Origin: an uncultured Gemmatimonadales bacterium
GTDB lineage: Bacteria > Gemmatimonadota > Gemmatimonadetes > Longimicrobiales > RSA9
NCBI GenBank assembly: GCA_963783305.1
Contig: CAWAMW010000015.1
Location: 411,885-475,884, forward strand
DNA length: 64,000 nt
Direction: 5' to 3'
The notes beneath the pieces are model-generated. The model did no database searches and was not told the origin of the DNA. It worked only from the letters and a program-made list of their open reading frames with translations. Position numbers and translations under genes: made by a program. This document shows, piece after piece, positions 56,989 to 64,000 of this stretch (positions are counted from its first letter, which is position 1; the number at the start of each line of letters is the position of its first letter).

Positions 56989-59463
56989 TCATCTGCATCG
57001 GTACACCGCGCGGAACAAGCTTCTATGGTTGTGGTTCCGGGTGTTGCGGGTTTTCGGCCGCAGCCGTCGGAACGCCAGCACCCGAACTCCGCTCAGGATG
57101 ACCATCCAGACGATGGCATAGCCCCAGAGGGCGAGTGCCAGCCAGAGGGGGATGGGCGTGACGAGCCACCCGAGGACGGCCACCGCCGTGCCCAGGACCT
57201 GGGTCGCCTCGAGCGCCACGACCAGCCTCCAGTCGGGCCACGGCCGCTCCCAGAACCAGCCGCGTACGCGGGTGACGTAGATGGTCATGTGTCCGGCCAC
57301 GAGCAGCTTCAGGAACAGGAGCGTCTGGAGGTGCGGCGTATCGAGGGTCAGGACGGACGTGGCGATCCAGAGGGCGAGCAGGGAAGCTACCAGGCCGGTG
57401 ACCCCGAGGATGGACGCGTCCACCAGGACCCAGCGCATGTTCCAGCGCACGGGGCGGGGCGCGGTGCGGGTCTTGTCCAGGGAGATGGCCATGATCGGGA
57501 TGTCGTTCAGGATGGCCAGCAGGGCCACCATGATCGCCGTCACCGGGTAGATGCCCAGGAAGACGATGGTGCCGGCGATGAACACGACCATCCGGGTGGT
57601 CTCGGCGATGCGGAACGTGGCGTAGGTCTGCATCCGCTCGAAGATCCGCCGGGCTTCCTCGACGGCGCCGATGATCACGCCGAGGCCGGGCTCGGTCAGC
57701 ACGATGTCCGACGCGGCGCGCGCGGCCTCCGTCGCAGACGCCACGGCGAAGCCCACGTCCGCCTTCTTCAGCGCGGGCGCGTCGTTCACGCCGTCGCCGG
57801 TCATACCGACGATCAGCCCCTCGCGCTGGAACCGCTCCACGATGTGGTACTTGTTCTCCGGCGTGACCTCCGCGAAGCCGTCGGCGTCCAACGCTCGCCG
57901 TTGAGAGGCGGCATCGTCCGCGTCCAGCCAGTCGCCGGCGGGCTCGATCCGGGTTCCGAGCCCCACCTGCCCCGCCACCTGGCGCGCGATGGCGGCGTGA
58001 TCCCCCGTGACCATGCGCACGTCCAGCCCGTGCCGCTGTGCGTTGCGGATCACCTCCGCGGAGTCTTCTCTGGGCGGGTCCAGCAGTGACAGCAGCCCCA
58101 GGTAGCGCCAACCGCCGTCCCCGTCGCGCGCCACTCCGAGGGCTCGGAAGCCGGCGCGACCCAGCTCCTCGACCTCGTCCGTCACCCGCTGGCGCAGCGC
58201 GTCGTCGGCCTGGCACAGCCGCAGCATCACCTGGGGCGCGCCCTTCGCCACCCGGAAGCTCCCGCCGGGACCGCTCACGCTGGCCTCCGCGCGCTTGCGG
58301 GTGGAGTCGAACGGCTGGAGCTCGTCCACATGGTACCGGTCGAGGGCGGCGGCATCGACGGCGGAGAGAATGGCGGCGTCTATGGGGTCCGGTTCGTCGC
58401 CTCGCTCGGCCGTCAGCGCCGCGGCGAGTACCAGCTCGTCGCGATCCGCGGCCTCGATCAGCACCGGTTCCTGGAGCTCGAGGCGGTTCGCGGTCAGGGT
58501 GCCGGTCTTGTCGGAGAACAGCACGCTCACACCGGCCAGCTCCTCGATCGCCGCCAACCGCGCCACGATCGCCCGCTGCCCGGCCAGCCTTCGTGCGCCC
58601 ACGGCCATGGTCACGCTCATGACCGCCGGCAGCGCGACCGGGATCCCCGCCACGGTGAGTATCAGCGCGAACAGCAGCACCTCCATGAAGCTCTGCCCTC
58701 GCACCGCCTCGACGATGACCACGGCGAGCACCATGGCGGCGGTGGCGGCCATGAGGAAGTAGCCGATCCGCATTACCGCCTGCTGAAAGTGCGAGGGCCC
58801 CCCGACGCCCGAGACGAGCTCGACGGTGCGGCCGAAGCGCGTGGCCCCGCCGGTACCGGTCACCAGCGCGTGCGCCTGCCCGCGCTTCACCGCCGTGCTC
58901 GTGTACACGGGCTCCCCGGCCCCCTTGTCCACCGGCAGCGACTCGCCCGTCAGCGCCGACTCGTCCAGCGACAGCTCCTCCCGGAGCAGCCGGGCGTCCG
59001 CGGGCACCACGTCGCCGCGCCGCAGCACGATCACGTCGCCCTGCACCAGCTCACGGGCGTCGATCGTGGTCTGCCGCCCGTCCCGAACCACGCGCGCGCT
59101 CGGGGCCAGGCTCTCCTTGAGCGCCTCGATCGCCTGCGAGGCGCTGCGCTCGTGCCACCAGCTCACCCCGCCGTTGATCACCAGCATCGCCAGGATGACG
59201 AAGAAGTCCTCCCAGCGCGTGGCCACGGCCGACAGCACGACCGCGGCCTCCAGCATCCACGGGATCGGGCCCCAGAAGTAGGAGAGGAATTTCAGGAGGG
59301 GGTTCTCCGTCTCCTCCTCGATTGTATTACGGCCGTACCGCGCGAGCCGGGCCTCCGCCTCGTCCTGACTGAGACCCCATAACCCGTCGGCTCCCACCTG
59401 CGACCGCGCGTCATCGAGCCTCACTTCGTCGAGCACCCTGCCCGCCGGCTGCGGGTCGTTCAT
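56989..59463 (-). CDS. Plasma-membrane-type proton-efflux P-type ATPase (P3A)
   Basis: FLSYFWGPIPWMLE, ESALTGES, GIPVALP, SDKTGTLT, KGAPQ, TGDGVNDAPALK, ILNDIPIM. Confidence 0.93.
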   Translation of the reverse strand: MNDPQPAGRVLDEVRLDDARSQVGADGLWGLSQDEAEARLARYGRNTIEEETENPLLKFLSYFWGPIPWMLEAAVVLSAVATRWEDFFVILAMLVINGGVSWWHERSASQAIEALKESLAPSARVVRDGRQTTIDARELVQGDVIVLRRGDVVPADARLLREELSLDESALTGESLPVDKGAGEPVYTSTAVKRGQAHALVTGTGGATRFGRTVELVSGVGGPSHFQQAVMRIGYFLMAATAAMVLAVVIVEAVRGQSFMEVLLFALILTVAGIPVALPAVMSVTMAVGARRLAGQRAIVARLAAIEELAGVSVLFSDKTGTLTANRLELQEPVLIEAADRDELVLAAALTAERGDEPDPIDAAILSAVDAAALDRYHVDELQPFDSTRKRAEASVSGPGGSFRVAKGAPQVMLRLCQADDALRQRVTDEVEELGRAGFRALGVARDGDGGWRYLGLLSLLDPPREDSAEVIRNAQRHGLDVRMVTGDHAAIARQVAGQVGLGTRIEPAGDWLDADDAASQRRALDADGFAEVTPENKYHIVERFQREGLIVGMTGDGVNDAPALKKADVGFAVASATEAARAASDIVLTEPGLGVIIGAVEEARRIFERMQTYATFRIAETTRMVVFIAGTIVFLGIYPVTAIMVALLAILNDIPIMAISLDKTRTAPRPVRWNMRWVLVDASILGVTGLVASLLALWIATSVLTLDTPHLQTLLFLKLLVAGHMTIYVTRVRGWFWERPWPDWRLVVALEATQVLGTAVAVLGWLVTPIPLWLALALWGYAIVWMVILSGVRVLAFRRLRPKTRNTRNHNHRSLFRAVYRCR

Positions 59464-59612
59464 GACTCGTCTCCCTTCCGGCCCCCCCGGACGTCCGGCC
59501 CCGATCCGCCGGGCGTCCGAGGACGCCGGGTCTGGAACGAGGTGTGCAGCACAACAGCCACGTGCTGCATTAGGCGTTCCCGATTCATCCGTCTGCGGGT
59601 GGAGGAGCGGCC

Positions 59613-60545
59613 ATGCCGGAGATCGTTACACTCACGATCAATCCCGCGGTGGATTACTCCGCCACCGTCGACCACGTCACCCCTGGCGAGAAGCTGCGCT
59701 GCCACGAGTCCCGTCGCGACCCGGGCGGGGGCGGCATCAACGTCGCCCGGGTGGTGAAGCGACTGGGAGGCGAGGCGCGAGCGGTGTTCCCGGTGGGTGG
59801 CCGGACGGGTGAGCTGCTGCTGGGCCTGCTGGAGGACGAGGGCGTGCCGGTCTCGCCGGTGCGGGTCGCGGGGGTCACGCGGGAAGATTTCACGGCGCAC
59901 GAGCTGGCCTCGGGCCGCAACTTCCGATTCGTCATGCCCGGTTTCCTGGTGCCGGAGCAGGACCGTCAACGGCTGCTGGACGAGGCACTGGGCAGCCACC
60001 CCGCCTACCTGGTGGCCAGCGGCAGCCTGCCCCCCGGCGCTCCCGTGGACTTCTACGCCGGGGTTGCGGCCCGGTGCCGTGAGGCGGGGGTGCGCCTGGT
60101 GCTGGATACCTCGGGCGAGGCACTGCGCCAGGCGGTGGAGCCGGGGGTCTTCCTGCTGAAGCCGAACCTCCGGGAGCTCGGGCACCTGGCGGGCCGGGAG
60201 GTGACCGAGGACCCGGAGCAGGAGCGGGCCGCACGTGCGCTCATGGAGCGGGACCACGCCGCCGTGGTGGTGGTCAGCCTGGGCGCCGCGGGCGTGCTCC
60301 TGGTCACGGGGGAGGGGTCCGAGCGGATCCACGCCCCCACGGTACCCATCCGCAGCGGAGTGGGCGCGGGCGACAGCATGGTGGCCGCCATCACGCTCGC
60401 GCTCTCCCGGGGCCAAGACGTGTCAACGGCCGTCCGCTTCGGCGTGGCCGCCGGCGCCGCCGCGGTGATGACGCCGGGCACGGAGCTCTGCCGCCGCGAG
60501 GACGTCGAGCGGCTGTCCGCCCGGATTACGAGCGACCGGGTGTAG
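59613..60545 (+). CDS. pfkB: 1-phosphofructokinase-family hexose kinase
   Basis: TLTINPAVD, PGGGGINVA, SGSLPPG, LKPNLREL, VGAGDSMV, TPGTELC. Confidence 0.92.
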   Translation: MPEIVTLTINPAVDYSATVDHVTPGEKLRCHESRRDPGGGGINVARVVKRLGGEARAVFPVGGRTGELLLGLLEDEGVPVSPVRVAGVTREDFTAHELASGRNFRFVMPGFLVPEQDRQRLLDEALGSHPAYLVASGSLPPGAPVDFYAGVAARCREAGVRLVLDTSGEALRQAVEPGVFLLKPNLRELGHLAGREVTEDPEQERAARALMERDHAAVVVVSLGAAGVLLVTGEGSERIHAPTVPIRSGVGAGDSMVAAITLALSRGQDVSTAVRFGVAAGAAAVMTPGTELCRREDVERLSARITSDRV

Positions 60546-60677
60546 GGGCGGCTGCCCCGAAATCCGCCTATCGGGACTCTTGACTCTGGACGGCTACGAG
60601 CGAATGACGGAACGGGCAGTAGGCGGCGCGTGGGCGTGATTCGGCGGGCCGGAAAACGGCCCGGCTCAGTACCGGGA

Positions 60678-63113
60678 TCAGCCGCTGAGCCGCGGGGCCA
60701 GCGCTTGGGCCCGGTCGCGGGCGTGCTGGACCAGCGGAGACAGGGCCGGGACGGGACGGTCCACGTCGTGGAGGAAACGGCGGTAGTGGCCGTATGCGGA
60801 GGCGTAGCGGCCCATGGCGTCCTCGACACGGGCGAGCTTAAAACGTCCCCAGCAGCCCCACCGTCCGATTCACCACCTCCAGGAGGGGGGGCTCTGGGGG
60901 TGGACCGCGGCGTACCAGACGAGGACCCGGGCGGCGTCGGCGGGACGACCGCCGTCCTGAGCCACCGGCCGAGCAGCACCCGGTCCACGGTGTGGACGTA
61001 CGGATGGACGTGCCGCAACTGCGCGGGGACGTAGTTTTTAGCGCGCGCTGTCCTCGGCGGCCAGGAGCACCCTCATGGCGTCCTCCCTCCGGCCCTCGTG
61101 GCGCAGCGTGAGCGCCTTCAGCGTACGGTCCAGGAGCGCGACGAACTCTCCGTCCGTGTCCCGGAGGCGGGACGCGGCGCGGGCGAGGCCGGCGTCGTCT
61201 CCCGCGGCGTAGGCAACGAGCCCGTCCAGCCACGCCAGCTCGGCCCGCTCCTCCGCGCTCGCCTACTCCGGCACCCGCTCCGGGCGGCGCGCCGCGGCCG
61301 GGGCGGCCTCGAGGGCCCCGAGTACGACGCCGGTGGCCAGCAGGCCATAGCCGTTGAGCGGTCCGTCCAGCCGCCGCTGAACGCCATCCACCGGTCCACG
61401 GCCACGCGGCTCGCGTCCGTCGCCCCGGGCCGCGGCGGCGTAGGCCTTCCCGCGCCACATTGAGGCGGCGAGCACGGGGGCGGGCGGCGCCAGGACCGAG
61501 TCGGCGAGCTGAACCGTCGCGTGGGGCAGCCCCATGATCAGCAGTCCGTGCCGAAGCCGTATGACGGGATCGGGCCGGTGCAGCCGAGGATGTAGTCGAC
61601 GACTTCCGTCAGCGCCGCCGGCGCCAGGGAGTCGCCGCCGAGAACAGCGCGTGCGGTCGTGCCGTAGTAAAACTCGTCGTCCGGGTCGAGCGTCGATCCC
61701 GGCTCCACAAAGGTCCGGAGCCGATCCAGGACCTACGCGTGGCCGTGCTGTCCCGCTGGTGCACCGCGACCCAGAAGAGGTGTTTCCAGGCGCCGCTGAG
61801 CCCCGCGGTTCAGCGTCGTGACCGGCTCAGTGCGGCCCGCGCGTCGCCGTCGGTGGCGCCAGGTAGGAACCATGGTCGATGTAGGCGTTGGCGAGCGTGA
61901 ACCAGGCCGGCCAGTAGGTGGGCGCGACCCGGGACGCCTCCAACAGGAGCGGGAGCCGGGCCTCCAGCGTGGGCGCTTCCTGCGCGTCCACCAGCAGCCG
62001 GTCCGCCACCGGCAGCCCATCCCTATGGGCGTACACCTTCTGCATGATCGCCGGGTCGACTCGGCTCCCCTCGTAGACCCGGGGGTATACCGACCTCCAG
62101 TAGGCGAACCATGACGTGCTGTCGTGGGCGAACGCCCGCTCGAAAGCACTCACCGCCCCCGCAATACGACCCTGCGCCATGGCCTCCTCACCTTCCACGT
62201 ACGCCCGCAGCGCTTCGCTCGACCGGGTCTGGAGCGCAGCCGCGCTCGGCAGCCCGGCCGTGGGACGCTCCCAGATCCGGCGCACCAGCCCCAGGACCAG
62301 AGAATCACTCAGCGCGCCGAGCCCGGCATCGCCCGGGACCGTGAACGACTCGCCCGGGCAACCGCCTCGCCCGGCATCGTGGAGCGTCGCCTCCACCCCG
62401 ACACCGGCGGCCTCCCGGCTCAGGACCCCCCGGAGCAGCCGACCCGCGCCGACCCGCTTCGCGATGGCGAGCGCCTCCGCCAGCGGCAGCCTAGCGCTAT
62501 CCGGCGGCACGTGGGCGAGGACGGTGAGGCCATCGCACCGTGGCCAGGTCGTCGAGGCCGTCGAGCGCGGCGGAGACGGTGACCGCCAGGTCTCGACCCA
62601 GCCGGTCCAGGGCGCTGTCCGGCCCGGTCGGCGCGAACGGCAGCACCGCCACCCGTGGGCTCCACCGGACGCTGTCCGCACCCGGGGGGCCCGGCTCCGC
62701 GCTCGGGGGCCCCGCCGCCGAGGGTCCCCACGACGCACCGGCACCAAAGGACCACCATCCCGAGAAGGATCGCCTCGGTCCGGGTGACCCGCTGCTCCCC
62801 TCTCGCCGTGATACCACGCCAGCACGGCGGCGGGCGGGAACCCGGCGCCCAGCGACGACCGTGAGTGCGCGCCGTCCAGGACGGCGGCCACCGAACTGCT
62901 CGCCCACCACGTGGACACGAGGCCTATTCGAAGGATCAGCCACGCGACACTGAGATAGGCCACGATCCACTGCACCACGCGGCGATTCCTGGAACCACTC
63001 CAGGAAGCTCGGTGACGACGACGGATCGGGCTCCTCCGTGGAGCCGTAGGTGGCACGGGAGGAGGAATGGGTGGTCGGACGGCACGGGGCGTCTCCGGGA
63101 TGCGAGGCGGCAT
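60678..63113 (-). pseudogene. Frameshifted membrane-anchored TolB-like/TPR gene (same architecture as 2293-4161)
   Basis: Fragments in different frames: RRVVQWIVAYLSVAW..AWYHGERG; RVAVLPF..LGRDLAVTVS; TRSSEALRAYVEGE; C-terminal LARVEDAMG...YRRFLHDVDRPVPALSPLVQHARDR...stop at 60678. Confidence 0.7.
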
Positions 63114-63285
63114 GGACCCGAGGTTCAGGGAGAGGGCTAGCACGCCAGGCGCTTATAAGGTCCGAACCCAAAATAGGTCGGGCGCCTGCAGCATCAACGA
63201 GGTCGTCGCCGTGCCGGCCCTGCGGACCGGCGTTCACGGTCGAACGGTTCACCGGCAACGGCGACAGGCACGGTCCAAGGAAGCC

Positions 63286-63894
63286 TCAGGCGACGCCGTC
63301 GCCCCCGGGCCCTTCGAGCACTTCCACCCGCACCCGGGCGCGCCCCGACCCCAAATGCCGTCGAGCTCTCCCTCGCGGCCCGCCTCGACAGCAGGTCGAG
63401 GATCCGCGACTTCTTCCCGTACGGGCCGCGGTCGACCACACGCGCACGTTCACCGAACGGTTGTTGCGCGTGTTGGTCACCCGCAGCACCGTCCCGAACG
63501 GGTACGACAGGTGCGCCGCAACCATCTGGTTCTGCCGGAAGGGGATCCCGCTGGCGGTGCGCCGCCCCTCGAACCTATCAGCGTAGAACGACGCCTCCGC
63601 CCGTGGCCGTCTTCCAGGACCTTCCCGCTCGCCGCCGCCGACGCCACCGCACCCGGCACTTCGCCCGGCAATGCGTCCGGCGAGGGCTTCGGCTCCGGCG
63701 GCAGCGGCTTCCTGCCCAGCCGCGGGTACAGCTCCCTGCGGCTCGCGATCGCTCGGCGCTGAGCGGCTGGACCGACGCCCGGGTCGCGGCGGGCGTATTC
63801 TCCGGAGCCGCCTGTGGATCGGCATCGCCACAGCAGGCGGCCAGGAAAGCGAGGGCGAGGACGGGAGAACAAGTAGTGTGGCCTGCAACTGCAT
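63286..63894 (-). pseudogene. rlpA: Second rlpA-like copy with multiple frameshifts
   Basis: ASFYADRFEGRRTASGIPFRQNQMVAAHLSYPFGTVLRVTN nearly identical to copy 1; VDRGPYGKKSRILDL and ELYPRLGRKP lie in other frames. Confidence 0.8.
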
Positions 63895-64000
63895 TGCGGC
63901 TTCCTTCGACATCGGTCACGGGGTTCGGATCGCTACGTATCGTGCACCCGTCAAGAACCTTCAAGTCGCGTTCCGCCGGCGCCACCGCGTGCCCGGCCTC

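Noticed and set aside
60630..61034. 134-aa + strand ORF ending in CRNC
   Set aside because: The opposite strand encodes the recognisable C-terminus of the frameshifted TPR protein.
1..64000. tRNA, rRNA, riboswitch, transposase or phage genes
   Set aside because: None recognised by eye; an Infernal/Rfam and tRNAscan-SE run is needed to exclude structured RNAs in intergenic gaps such as 35551-35810 and 53670-53850.

Overview
Very GC-rich (roughly 70% by eye) bacterial chromosomal segment. The gene content (orphan ADOP-type permease, membrane-anchored TolB-like/TPR proteins, DUF5916, DUF5715, tricorn-like S41 peptidase) suggests Gemmatimonadota; this is inference, as no marker gene is present. 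It holds about 45 housekeeping, envelope, signalling and redox genes. I saw no rRNA, tRNA, CRISPR array, IS element or prophage. Main points of interest: (1) an FmdB-family zinc-ribbon gene whose apparent TGA stop is followed by a hairpin with the same spacing and GGTCTG loop as the E. coli fdhF SECIS, making it a candidate C-terminal selenoprotein; (2) a six-gene redox cluster (ferredoxin, flavoprotein, 4-His membrane protein, 12-heme cytochrome c, cytochrome c peroxidase, heme-binding protein) directly behind an OmpR-family two-component system and a matching direct-repeat site, which looks like an uncharacterised trans-membrane electron conduit; (3) a ~300-bp heptamer array with further repeats upstream of the S41 peptidase; (4) a Campylobacter-type dba-dsbI pair, where dba is missing from the ORF track; (5) several readable cis-elements (Fur box, MerR 19-bp-spacer promoter, ECF-like and sigma54-like promoters). 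The last ~3.3 kb has two heavily frameshifted genes and may be low-quality sequence.
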